Below are positions 10,296 through 19,742 of a stretch of DNA of 64,000 nt, one piece after another (position 1 is the first letter of the stretch; the number at the start of each line of letters is the position of its first letter). Both the position numbers and the translations under genes were made by a program. The stretch is taken from IMG/VR virus record IMGVR_UViG_3300045988_124082; one strand, given 5' to 3'. Origin of the DNA: a virus. A model generated the notes under the pieces. The model saw only the letters and a list, made by a program, of their open reading frames with translations. It did no database searches and was not told the DNA's origin.

Positions 10296-11099
10296 TTATT
10301 CTGTAGGCATTTTTGGTACGATGATATCGAAAAGTTTCTTTTCTTTATCACAGTACTGTTGCATACACTGGATTTCAAATGGATGTTTACCATCAGTAGA
10401 GAATGTTAAGTCTACATTAGAGCTTAACTTAGCCTGTGGGAATACAAGATAAGCATTGTACAGTGTACTTACGTTACATACGTCAGCACCTAAAATCTGT
10501 ACAATCAGTTTTCCAGCTTTAGGGAATTTTGTAGCACTGTTAGTTACTTTAACAGCTTCAGCTGTCTCATATTCGTATTCAACGAATAACTGAGAACCTT
10601 TAGATAAGCCAGTTGGTAATGTTACACTATCTGTTCCTTTAGCATGAACAAATTTATCATCACTTGCAGCTGCACCATTAGTATATTTCTTCCCTAATGT
10701 GCTATCACCTTTTAATTCATAGATGTATTTAATCTGCTCTGTAGGTGTGTGTTTTAATGTAACAGCAGTACCAGCTGCAATATCAATTGTTTCGAAAGCT
10801 GTAGCAATTACTTTAGACTCAGCATCAGCAACCTGTTTCTTTGTACCAAACTGAGCAGCAGCTAATCCTAAATCGAATAAAGAGTTAGTTGCAGAGAAAG
10901 TAGCTTTCTTAGCTCTATCGAATTCCATAATAGGAACTTCAAGAGCATCAGTAGCCTGAGTTGTGTCAGACTCGCATTTAATAGATGGCTCTGTAATCTG
11001 ATTAATAGACCATAAGATTTCTCCTGTGTCTGTATCTACCATGATTGCACGTAAGCATCTATCGATGACAAAGTTATTAATGTCGAATGTACTTGCCAT
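10296..11099 (-). CDS. major tail protein candidate
   Basis: 267-aa Thr/Ser/Ala-rich ORF with a strong RBS AAGGAGG, followed by a hairpin. Position lies between the connector genes and the TMP gene. Confidence 0.4.
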   Translation of the reverse strand: MASTFDINNFVIDRCLRAIMVDTDTGEILWSINQITEPSIKCESDTTQATDALEVPIMEFDRAKKATFSATNSLFDLGLAAAQFGTKKQVADAESKVIATAFETIDIAAGTAVTLKHTPTEQIKYIYELKGDSTLGKKYTNGAAASDDKFVHAKGTDSVTLPTGLSKGSQLFVEYEYETAEAVKVTNSATKFPKAGKLIVQILGADVCNVSTLYNAYLVFPQAKLSSNVDLTFSTDGKHPFEIQCMQQYCDKEKKLFDIIVPKMPTE

Positions 11100-11156
11100 G
11101 TTTAATCCTCCTTGAAATATTTAAAAATTTGTATAAAAAAAGCAGCTCCATAAGAG

Positions 11157-11873
11157 CTACTTAATCCAATTAAGGTCTTCGGTTTTAATTTTTGAGGTAT
11201 CTATCATACCTGAATAGCATCCTTGTAAAAGTGCAACAGCTTGTTTCTTTTTCTGAATCTGTTCAACGCTAGACATAAAAGCTGAGATATTTAAATCTTG
11301 AACAGATTGATAATCATACTTGAACTCTTCAGTATTTACCATTGAGATAACAAGAGGAAGAAGTATTGGTTCAAACTCTTTGTTTTGATTCATTTCATAT
11401 TTCATCTTGTCTTCTTCAATAAGGATTTTTTTAGTTTCTTCATTACCAGCGATTTCTACTTTAGGTTTGAGGCCGTGCAAAGATCTAAAATAATCACATA
11501 TTTTGATATAGGCTAGCTTGTCAATCATGATGTCGTCTTCCATATCAACAAGAACAAGGTCTCCATTTACTTGATTTTGAGCCATCTCAAATTTACTGAG
11601 ATCAACTCCCATGAACAATCGTTGAGATATGTCAGTTTCAAGAGTTGGAGCCATAAGCATAAATAAATCAAAGTCTTCAACTTCTTCATAGTCTAATCCC
11701 AATTTAAAAAGCCTGTATTTCATATCACTAGGAATACAGGTTAATGTAAATACAGCTTGAAAGTATTTGTCTTCACCCATCTCTTTTATGTCTCTAAGAG
11801 TAGGCTGATGAATACTTATTGCATCATTGATATAATAATCATCTCCGAAAATGATAGACAGGTCTTTATCCAT
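11157..11873 (-). CDS. hypothetical structural-module protein
   Basis: 238-aa ORF overlapping the upstream gene by 8 nt. Terminator AGCTCttatgGAGCTgcttttttt follows. Confidence 0.5.
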   Translation of the reverse strand: MDKDLSIIFGDDYYINDAISIHQPTLRDIKEMGEDKYFQAVFTLTCIPSDMKYRLFKLGLDYEEVEDFDLFMLMAPTLETDISQRLFMGVDLSKFEMAQNQVNGDLVLVDMEDDIMIDKLAYIKICDYFRSLHGLKPKVEIAGNEETKKILIEEDKMKYEMNQNKEFEPILLPLVISMVNTEEFKYDYQSVQDLNISAFMSSVEQIQKKKQAVALLQGCYSGMIDTSKIKTEDLNWIK

Positions 11874-12429
11874 GATCTACCGTATTGTCAGGAATTTCCT
11901 CATGTGAGACATTGTTATGGGCATTATTTCTGTTGTCCATTCGTCCCTGATAAGGATTACTTGGAGTGATCACTCGGAATTTCAATGTCCTGCAAACATA
12001 TCTGGTATCAGTAGTTCCTGACACATCGTATGTAAGTTTCATTTGAAATCCTAAATTGTTACTCCACTGAAAATTATCTCTGATGCAATATCCTAAAAGA
12101 TCATGTCTTTCAGCCCCATAAGGAGTAGCGAGATTATCTTCGTGGCAAAATACTCTAAAAGTACATACCTGTTCTTTCATCATCCCATTCCGATCATTGA
12201 TATCTACATCATCAATGTCGAAACAAATGAAATTCTGAACTTCAGATTGTACTGGTTCAATATGAATTGCAGGAAAAATATTTATTCCCAGATATTCATC
12301 TGGAGAGTTTGGATCAAGTTTTGGGTTATCCAAAAGTTCGATAATATCAGAATCATTGTAAAGAATTTCTTTAATAATCCTTTTCTTGTAGATAATATCA
12401 TCATCTATGTTCTGAAAATCTCTTATCAT
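11866..12429 (-). CDS. hypothetical structural-module protein
   Basis: 187-aa ORF, translationally coupled on both sides. Confidence 0.5.
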   Translation of the reverse strand: MIRDFQNIDDDIIYKKRIIKEILYNDSDIIELLDNPKLDPNSPDEYLGINIFPAIHIEPVQSEVQNFICFDIDDVDINDRNGMMKEQVCTFRVFCHEDNLATPYGAERHDLLGYCIRDNFQWSNNLGFQMKLTYDVSGTTDTRYVCRTLKFRVITPSNPYQGRMDNRNNAHNNVSHEEIPDNTVDHG

Positions 12430-13049
12430 AATCCAATCACCTCCGTCTGAAATTCAGCTGTTAAATCATCTACAAATGCTTGGATGGTGATCGTCTCACC
12501 AATTAGAGAGTACACTTTATGACATTTGATATTCACTGTTGTGTCATCACAAACAATATCAAAGTCATCTAAGTGACCCTGTGGCACTATAACATTCCAC
12601 TCCACTTTTTCAGGAGAAGAAGTAGTACCATCTCCACGTTTAATAACAGTAGAGAATTTTTTAGCACTACCGCCACATTTAATCTGTGGTTTAGCACCAG
12701 CAAAGTTGATCACCAATTTATCATCTGGAAGATCAGGCAACGTAGGCTTGTCTTCATCAGTTTCAAGAGTTGGTGGAACTTCGGTTTTATAATAGTCGGC
12801 AATCAATTCGTCCACATTGTCTGTGTGACCATTGAAAGCATCTTGTTTTAATGTAATTTTTGTAATCCCAAGAGGAACTGCATCCTCTCGTTTTGTAACC
12901 TTCCATGCCACTGGATGTAATGGGTTACGTGTAATTAAGAATCGTGTATCGTAGTCTATGGTGTTTGTAACATCATTTGTTGGAACCCAGAATGAAATCT
13001 GGTTTTCTATACTCGTGATCAAATAATCTGTCCACACACCAGAATTGTT
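12426..13049 (-). CDS. tail-module protein, 3' exon (Ig-like C-terminal region)
   Basis: The frame is open upstream of the track start (..NNSGVWTDYLITS..). The C-terminal VINFAGAKPQIKCGGSAKKFSTVIK..VNIKCHKVYSLIGETITIQAF looks like a Big_2-type Ig domain. Confidence 0.5.
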   Translation of the reverse strand, partial: NNSGVWTDYLITSIENQISFWVPTNDVTNTIDYDTRFLITRNPLHPVAWKVTKREDAVPLGITKITLKQDAFNGHTDNVDELIADYYKTEVPPTLETDEDKPTLPDLPDDKLVINFAGAKPQIKCGGSAKKFSTVIKRGDGTTSSPEKVEWNVIVPQGHLDDFDIVCDDTTVNIKCHKVYSLIGETITIQAFVDDLTAEFQTEVIGL

Positions 13050-14425
13050 CTTAGTTTTATATTTAAGTCGTTAGCTTAAATAGTTTTAATTTACATATAA
13101 AGAAAGATATTTATCATATTTTCGTTGTAGATATATATTAGCGTCTTTATACATCCAATCAGCGACTATTTTTCCGTTTTCACCATAAAAATCAATTACT
13201 CCAGTAAAGTCGTTTCCCTTTTTTGCTGGTCTTAAATTAGCTTTTATGTCTGGAAAAAATTTAGATATCACTTCATAAAATTTAGAGCAAAACTTTTTAG
13301 TAGATGTGATAGAAATAATGTTTTTTCTTACACAGCCATTTCCATCAAAATATCCCCTAATAAAATGAGAATGTAAATCTTCTCTAAGCCATGTTGGGTA
13401 TTCTAAACAATAGCTTTTTCTTGGAACCATTCCAAGTGACTGTAATTGACGACACATATATGCACTAAAGATTAATAAAGTATATTGATCTTGATATGTA
13501 TATCCAAAATCATGCTTATTAGAATTATCTACAAATCTTAAAGGATGTTCATTGCCAATTTCCTTATTAATTCTTTCAAGGATAGGACGATCACCTTTCT
13601 GTAAAGACATAGATATAGTCTGTTTAGGCATATAATTAGAACCATCTGCATCTAAAAATCCTAAAATATAAGCTTTTTCTGGAGTATCTATTTCATCAAA
13701 ATAATGTTCATTTACTTTATAAGTTCTTTGGCCATTACCAATTCTTTTGATTCCATAAGTGTCCAGAATCCTTCCAACAAATTTATGATTGACACCATAT
13801 TTTTTACCAATTGCTACAGAAGAGACTCCATCTCTATACATTTGAGCCATATCGTCTTTATGCTTTTGTGAAACGTCATTATGAGTAAAACGTCCACCCT
13901 TTAAATCTTTTATAATTTTATGAATTTCAGGATATCCATCTCCTGTAATGTCTACAATTTCTGATAAAGTTTTTCCTTTTTTAAATAAATTTCTATAATA
14001 ATCTGTTTCGTATTTCATTGAATTTCCTCCTAAAAATTTCAATATAAAAAAGACAGTAATTGTTGTGTTAGGAGCACAACAAAAGAGGAGCTACCTCCTG
14101 TCCTGTCTTAATTAACTATTTATGTAAACTAAAATCCTTATGCTTTCACACAAGAGAAGAGCACATCAACACCATATTGTAAGTACAACTTAGGTGGCTC
14201 CCATTTTCAGGCACTTGCCCTACTTTGCTCGTTGAAGGTTTCTCTGTTCGAGACTTCCCGGCTGATTGTCCAATTTATTTTTTTTCAAACATTCACGCTC
14301 GCCCATATTTCATGACCACGTTGTAGTAAAATAACTTTAAGGAGTTTCCAGCAAAAAGAGAGCTTTTTCACTAACAAGTTTCCCTGATAGTGCGCACGAA
14401 TTTACGAATTTCGGCTGCGGATCGC
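13050..14425 (-). mobile_element. group I intron with LAGLIDADG homing endonuclease ORF
   Basis: A 359-nt ORF-free structured 5' part carries P-like GCCGGGAAGTC (rc 14252-14262) and TTCAACGAG (rc 14228-14236). The endonuclease ORF fills the 3' part. Proposed splice is ..YSCLG|..G|NNSGVW.. Boundaries approximate. Confidence 0.6.
13086..14042 (-). CDS. LAGLIDADG homing endonuclease (double-motif) with N-terminal helix-turn-helix-like repeats
   Basis: Two LAGLIDADG motifs: YILGFLDADGS and FIRGYFDGNGC. Confidence 0.8.
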   Translation of the reverse strand: MKFLGGNSMKYETDYYRNLFKKGKTLSEIVDITGDGYPEIHKIIKDLKGGRFTHNDVSQKHKDDMAQMYRDGVSSVAIGKKYGVNHKFVGRILDTYGIKRIGNGQRTYKVNEHYFDEIDTPEKAYILGFLDADGSNYMPKQTISMSLQKGDRPILERINKEIGNEHPLRFVDNSNKHDFGYTYQDQYTLLIFSAYMCRQLQSLGMVPRKSYCLEYPTWLREDLHSHFIRGYFDGNGCVRKNIISITSTKKFCSKFYEVISKFFPDIKANLRPAKKGNDFTGVIDFYGENGKIVADWMYKDANIYLQRKYDKYLSLYVN

Positions 14426-14830
14426 ACCAAGACATGAATACACTTTCCCATTTGCAACCCACTTAAAAGTCCAATTGCAAAGAAGAATATTGTACCGATA
14501 GAAAAGAGGATGATTATCATGATCAACAATTAACCAAGTACTAAATTCCTCATCATCATTGACAGGAATATCTACGTAAGTTCCCAAAGGATACTTAACA
14601 CCCGGTCTAAACTGTAGATGATAATCAATTGCATCTTTACTGATACTGTTTTTTGTATATGCTAAAAACTTTGCGTCAACATCTTCACCTAATATCCTAC
14701 ATTCCCGAAAGGCGGGGTCCTTTGTGAATGTGACATCCATAGCTTTCAGCGAATGGGCTCTGTACTTTTTAGAAGCAGCAGTACTATGAGCACCATTATT
14801 TAACCTATTTCTATAACTCTCTAGACTCAT
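14426..14830 (-). CDS. tail-module protein, 5' exon
   Basis: ORF 14402..14830. The last codons (AIRSRNS*) are probably intronic. Confidence 0.5.
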
Positions 14831-15146
14831 CTACATCATCCTCCTTGATATGGTCAACAAGTGATGTAGCATCGAGAATAGCTTTTCTATAAGCTGCATG
14901 ATCGTAATCTTCTTTTAATGCTTCATCTCTAGCCTGAGCTAAGATAGCAAGAAGATCTAATACGACTGTCTGATTAGAAAAGATTTTATTGTATCCAGAT
15001 AATTTCCATAATAATCCTGCAAAGTATCTATCCAAATTAGGATCTTTTTCTTCACGCATATATAACAGCTTGAAGATGGAATTCTGAATAGTCTTTTTAT
15101 GAGCATGGATCTGCTCCTTTGGAAAATTTCCATATTTGCTATTCAT
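14811..15146 (-). CDS. hypothetical head-tail joining module protein
   Basis: 111-aa ORF overlapping the downstream gene start. Confidence 0.45.
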   Translation of the reverse strand: MNSKYGNFPKEQIHAHKKTIQNSIFKLLYMREEKDPNLDRYFAGLLWKLSGYNKIFSNQTVVLDLLAILAQARDEALKEDYDHAAYRKAILDATSLVDHIKEDDVDESREL

Positions 15147-15155
15147 ACATTTCTC

Positions 15156-15578
15156 CTAACTATTGTTCTGTCTAAATTTTTCTGTTTGATAATCTCTGTA
15201 AGCTTTTTGTTTTTCTACTCTGATCTGATCTCTCAAGGCCATTACCTTATCTAATTGATTTGATTGAGCATAAAATTTTTCTTCAGCTCCACCAAAAATC
15301 TGTTTAGTAAGAAGAGTAGAGTTCACCTGAGGGCGAATCCATTCTTCTACCATAGACAAGGCTAAGATTTCAATTTCAATATCTGAAAGATCATCTTCAA
15401 AGACCCCTTCAGTATCATCTCTCTTGGAAAGATCAGAAGTACATTTGCTAAACTTAGAAATACTTGCAGTTAAATAACCTAACAGCATTTCATTGGCATC
15501 TTTATCAGATAGATCAGCAAAATCATAATCTTCGATCTTTAATAAGAAAACAGAGTAGATGCGTTCATAAGAGGTCAT
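15156..15578 (-). CDS. head-tail connector (gp6-like) candidate
   Basis: 140-aa acidic ORF shortly downstream of the capsid gene. Positional and size inference. Confidence 0.4.
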   Translation of the reverse strand: MTSYERIYSVFLLKIEDYDFADLSDKDANEMLLGYLTASISKFSKCTSDLSKRDDTEGVFEDDLSDIEIEILALSMVEEWIRPQVNSTLLTKQIFGGAEEKFYAQSNQLDKVMALRDQIRVEKQKAYRDYQTEKFRQNNS

Positions 15579-15588
15579 AATACACCTC

Positions 15589-16164
15589 CTAGAGCACTAA
15601 CTTAGCAAACTCAGTTCCCAGTGATTTGTCGATTGTTTTCACAATACGAATACTATCCAGCTGTCCATCTTTAATAAGTTTTGCAGCAGCTGTTCTAGCA
15701 GCATCTTTTACTCCTTCAGGAGCACTATTTAAGAATGACTCTAAAGCATCTGGTGTCTTATCAAAGAAGCTTCTAGGATCATCTAATCCATAGAACTGAT
15801 TTGTAATTTCCTGTAACTGAGGGTTTTCCTTTAAGAAATCTTCATCCATAACAATAAAATAAGGATAAAACAGGTAATCGGATTTTCTGGCTAACATTGC
15901 TTTTAAGTCCTGATACTCAACATCAGTAATTTCTCCATACTGAAGCCACTCATATCGAGTACGAGATTTTGCGAATGTTTCGTGATAAATTAATTCTCCT
16001 GTTGTTACTGACATACAAGGAATTAATTCCTCCTTGTCAAACACACGAGCTTTTGGCTCTGGTTTAGGAGTAGCTTTTTTTGTTCTAGTTCTTTTCGCTG
16101 TGGACTTAGCAGCAGCTTTTTCCTCGACTGCATTTTCTGTGTTAGTTTTATTAGTTTCTGGCAT
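15589..16164 (-). CDS. hypothetical protein with basic Ala/Lys-rich N-terminus
   Basis: 191-aa ORF beginning ..AAAKSTAKRTRTKKATPKPEPK.. Located directly after the capsid gene terminator. Confidence 0.45.
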   Translation of the reverse strand: MPETNKTNTENAVEEKAAAKSTAKRTRTKKATPKPEPKARVFDKEELIPCMSVTTGELIYHETFAKSRTRYEWLQYGEITDVEYQDLKAMLARKSDYLFYPYFIVMDEDFLKENPQLQEITNQFYGLDDPRSFFDKTPDALESFLNSAPEGVKDAARTAAAKLIKDGQLDSIRIVKTIDKSLGTEFAKLVL

Positions 16165-16186
16165 TTTAATATCTCCTTTTTAATAT

Positions 16187-16212
16187 CAAAAGAGCCAGCA
16201 TTTAACTGGCTC
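16187..16212 (-). terminator. rho-independent terminator after capsid gene
   Basis: Minus strand: GAGCCAGttaaatgCTGGCTC followed by TTTTG. Confidence 0.6.
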
Positions 16213-16217
16213 AGATT

Positions 16218-17327
16218 TTATCCTACTGTAAATTTGTAAGTTCCAAATAACTGGTTGATAACAACATTGATACCAAGTTTCTGCATTAACTCGTACTCAT
16301 ATGTCATATCCTGGTTTGTTGCGCCATCATTGACCTGTTTAACAATAGCTTCACCTTCATTAACAAGCTTGATAGGTTTGTTATCAGCATCAATAGGCAT
16401 TAACAGTAATTTCTTATTGTCAAGCTTTTTGTTTCTTGTTCCCTGTTCATTAACCTGAGGGATAGCCATTAATCTGATTCCTTCAAACTGTCCTAGTGTA
16501 CCAGTTGTATGTCTTTCATTTCTCATATCGTCTGAAATCCAAGCAGATGGAGAAAGAGCGATAACCTGAGAAATAGCAGATCTTGTACCACAGATAACAA
16601 CTTCTTTACCTGTATCTGTTTCAAGATTCTGAACAGCTTCAATTAATTTATCAGCTTCTAATTTACCTGTGATCTTTAAGTCTGTAGGTAATTTTTCATC
16701 AGCTCCCATGAAAGATTCATAGATCATGTCATTGATCTTTCTGTCAAAAGCTTCATATACTTTTGTGATCATAGCAGCAAAGTCACGTCTACCTGCCATG
16801 AATAACTCAAACTCTTCATAGATCTTAATTCCATACCAGTCTGTAGTAACAGAGAAGCTTTCTCCGATTCCTAATTTCTGGCGGATTAAGTCGTGATGAT
16901 TACCAGCGAATCTACTAACTGTTAATACAGCTTGCTCTTCAACATAGAATACATTCTGATCTCCGTCAGCTAAGTTTCTCTGATCAACCCATTCCATGAA
17001 GAAAGGATTGTCTCCCCATCCACTTACAAGTAAGTTCTCTAATGTTTCCTCTAACAGTTCGAAAACTTCTGTCTGATGTCTACGGATAGCTTTTCTAAGA
17101 ACTTTACGATTCTTTTCATCTTCAGCAACTCCAAGAACCTGAGCAAATTTCTTTCTGATAACAGTATTAGCAGCACTTTTAGCATCTGCAACACCGTCAA
17201 TTTTCTTCATTTTGTCGTTAGCTGCGTCTAACATTAAAGCAGAGAAGTCCATATATTCCTGCTCGCCTTGTTCAAAAACAGCCTGAACTGTTTCTCCCAG
17301 TTCGCTAAATTTCATAAGTCTTAACAT
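16218..17327 (-). CDS. major capsid protein candidate
   Basis: 369-aa ORF with a strong RBS, followed by a terminator. Order is portal, scaffold-like gene, small protein, then this gene. Confidence 0.6.
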   Translation of the reverse strand: MLRLMKFSELGETVQAVFEQGEQEYMDFSALMLDAANDKMKKIDGVADAKSAANTVIRKKFAQVLGVAEDEKNRKVLRKAIRRHQTEVFELLEETLENLLVSGWGDNPFFMEWVDQRNLADGDQNVFYVEEQAVLTVSRFAGNHHDLIRQKLGIGESFSVTTDWYGIKIYEEFELFMAGRRDFAAMITKVYEAFDRKINDMIYESFMGADEKLPTDLKITGKLEADKLIEAVQNLETDTGKEVVICGTRSAISQVIALSPSAWISDDMRNERHTTGTLGQFEGIRLMAIPQVNEQGTRNKKLDNKKLLLMPIDADNKPIKLVNEGEAIVKQVNDGATNQDMTYEYELMQKLGINVVINQLFGTYKFTVG

Positions 17328-17345
17328 ATATTTCTCCCCTCCTTA

Positions 17346-17882
17346 TTACGCTGTAGCCACTTCTGTGTTTTTCATTACTTCAAGCATGACCATAGTTACA
17401 CCAGATTTGATGTATGTATAACGAATTTTCGCTACAAATCCATAATCTGTAACAGCTGTTGCTTTAGCAATTTCCTGATACTTACGATCTTTTGCAACAA
17501 CTAAGTTACCAACTGTAACTTTTTCTCCAGCAGCTTTTGTGATCAGATAATCAGAAATTCCATACATATCTCTTGGAACAAGAGTATAAGCACGAGCACT
17601 TTTACCTGCTTCGATCACATAGTTGTATTCAGCCTGTCCAACTGTTGTAGACTGATCATAAATTAATGCTGGATTAGCAATTAAAACAACCTGACTACCT
17701 TTTGTAGGTGTAGCTGCTTTATATTCTTCATTTCCACTTGTTTCTACTGGATCACCCAGAGCAACAATCATTCCATTTTCCATAGCAGCAGCATCGTCAA
17801 CTACAGAAAAAATGTGTCCACCACCGAGATAAGTAGCATTGATCTTACTTGTCTCGACAACACCGTATTTTGTATTTGCCAT
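17346..17882 (-). CDS. head decoration or scaffold-associated protein candidate
   Basis: Start moved to MANTKYG behind AAGGAGGAAAATTTA. 178 aa, Ala/Val/Thr-rich. Confidence 0.35.
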   Translation of the reverse strand: MANTKYGVVETSKINATYLGGGHIFSVVDDAAAMENGMIVALGDPVETSGNEEYKAATPTKGSQVVLIANPALIYDQSTTVGQAEYNYVIEAGKSARAYTLVPRDMYGISDYLITKAAGEKVTVGNLVVAKDRKYQEIAKATAVTDYGFVAKIRYTYIKSGVTMVMLEVMKNTEVATA

Positions 17883-17950
17883 TAAATTTTCCTCCTTGTT
17901 TTTAGACATTAAAAAAAGACACCACACAGGTATCCTTCAAAATTCATGTA

Positions 17951-19486
17951 TTATTTTTCAAAATCATCAAATAATGAACCATATGGTTTATTTGCTGTAG
18001 ATTCAGGTGATTTTCCACCAACACTCATACCAAATTTATGTTTAGCAGGATTTTTATAAGCAAATTCACCACTGATAGCAGCTTTTCCAATGATTTTTAA
18101 ACATTCATTTTCTAACTCTCCAACAGAGAATTTTTCGATCTGTTCATATAGAGCAGAATATTCTTCAGAACCTTTTAATTTTTCTTGGAAAGAATCTAAC
18201 ATGGCTGTCTTTTCTTTCTTGTCAGCCTCTTTCTTAAACTCTCTAAGAGTTTCTAATTCAGGTTCCATTGCTTCATAATCAGCAACCTTGGATGTTAATT
18301 CACCAATTTTTGCTGTATATTTTTCTTCAACTGTCTTTTCAGTTGCTTTTTCAGCTTCATATTTAGCTTTATCAATCTCAGGTTGTACAATATCAGCAAG
18401 AGAGAAGTCTTCAGCTGGTTCCTCAGAACCTTCGAAATCTACAATTGTATATTTCTTTCTTTTCTTAGAGTCAAAATCAACTTTAACTTCATCGCCTGCA
18501 ACATCAAAGCTGAATCCAAATAATTTGTATCCATCTTCTCTGTCATAAGCATAAACTTCTCTGCTGTCTACATCATAGTCCACTACAAAATATTTAGAAT
18601 AGCTTCCCCAGTCAGTTTCAACTTTCTGATCAGCAAAAGCTTCACTCATAGCTTCTCCGAGATTACTAGACAGTAAGAATTCTTTTGTCTCTTTCATCTG
18701 TGTTAATTTTTCAGTCAGGGCTTTTTCGTCCATGTCTGCATATTCAAAATCAAGAGACTCTGGATCAAATCCAAAAGATTTGATAAGTTCTTTCTTATTC
18801 AAGTCATGTTCCTCCTTTTTCTTTGTGATTTCTGTGTTTTTTATTTCAAAACAGTACTGTTTAAAGTCTTCAAACATTTCCTCCATTGATTCTTTGAAAG
18901 TATCTGCACTATATGTTTCTAAACATGCTGATTCAAAACATGGTGGAGCACTCTCTAACAATGTGAACGCCTGAAATTCAAAATCAGTAACATGACACAC
19001 ACCATCAACCATTTCATATGAATTAACACCAATCTCCATGGATTGATCTGTAATACCATTTTCTTTGATGTGGTCATAAACTGCCTGACGTTTCCACAGA
19101 AGGACCTCACAACAAAAATAAGTTTTCACACGGCCATCATCTTCAGTAACATTTTCCCAATACCACTGTGGAGATTCAGGAATTACACCTAATGGATCAG
19201 TCAGATTGTATTCTTTTAAAACCCCGTTCTTATCTTTTCTAAATGTCGAGTCGTGAGAACCAATCTTGTCTTCATCGATTGAATAATTTGCTACAAGAGG
19301 TACGTAAGCAAGAGAAGAAGTAGCTTTTTCAAATGATTTTGTACTAATATAGCTACCATTTCGGTTTTTGCCCTCGTAAGCAATGTGTAACATTCCTTTA
19401 TCAAAAGTGCTATTTGCAGACACAATATCCTCAATATAGGCACTGTATTTTAAACTCATTTTTGTTTTTTGTTTGTTTTTAGCCAA
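17951..19486 (-). CDS. scaffold / prohead-maturation protein candidate
   Basis: 511 aa. The C-terminal half is highly acidic and coiled-coil-like (EAEKATEKTVEEKYTAKIGELTSKVADYEAMEPELETLREFKKEADKKEK). Lies between portal and capsid genes. Confidence 0.4.
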   Translation of the reverse strand: MAKNKQKTKMSLKYSAYIEDIVSANSTFDKGMLHIAYEGKNRNGSYISTKSFEKATSSLAYVPLVANYSIDEDKIGSHDSTFRKDKNGVLKEYNLTDPLGVIPESPQWYWENVTEDDGRVKTYFCCEVLLWKRQAVYDHIKENGITDQSMEIGVNSYEMVDGVCHVTDFEFQAFTLLESAPPCFESACLETYSADTFKESMEEMFEDFKQYCFEIKNTEITKKKEEHDLNKKELIKSFGFDPESLDFEYADMDEKALTEKLTQMKETKEFLLSSNLGEAMSEAFADQKVETDWGSYSKYFVVDYDVDSREVYAYDREDGYKLFGFSFDVAGDEVKVDFDSKKRKKYTIVDFEGSEEPAEDFSLADIVQPEIDKAKYEAEKATEKTVEEKYTAKIGELTSKVADYEAMEPELETLREFKKEADKKEKTAMLDSFQEKLKGSEEYSALYEQIEKFSVGELENECLKIIGKAAISGEFAYKNPAKHKFGMSVGGKSPESTANKPYGSLFDDFEK

Positions 19487-19544
19487 ATTTCATCTTCACC
19501 GCCTTTCTTTTTGTTTTTTACAACTAAAAAAAGACCTCAGCGGT

Positions 19545-19742
19545 CTAGAATGTCATTTTATTTGTGAAAACCATCTTCATACGGTCATCTAATGAAAATT
19601 CCATATCTACGGCTTCCAATTTATTTTCAAAAATATAAACCGTATGATCTTTACATTTTTCAACTTTTAACAGCTTACATTTTTGTTCTAATTTTTCTTT
19701 TAGTTGCTCATCTATACAAAAGATGAATGGTTTATTCTCCAT
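19545..19742 (-). CDS. hypothetical small protein
   Basis: 65-aa ORF overlapping the portal gene stop. A small terminator AGACCgctgaGGTCTttttttt follows. Confidence 0.4.
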   Translation of the reverse strand: MENKPFIFCIDEQLKEKLEQKCKLLKVEKCKDHTVYIFENKLEAVDMEFSLDDRMKMVFTNKMTF

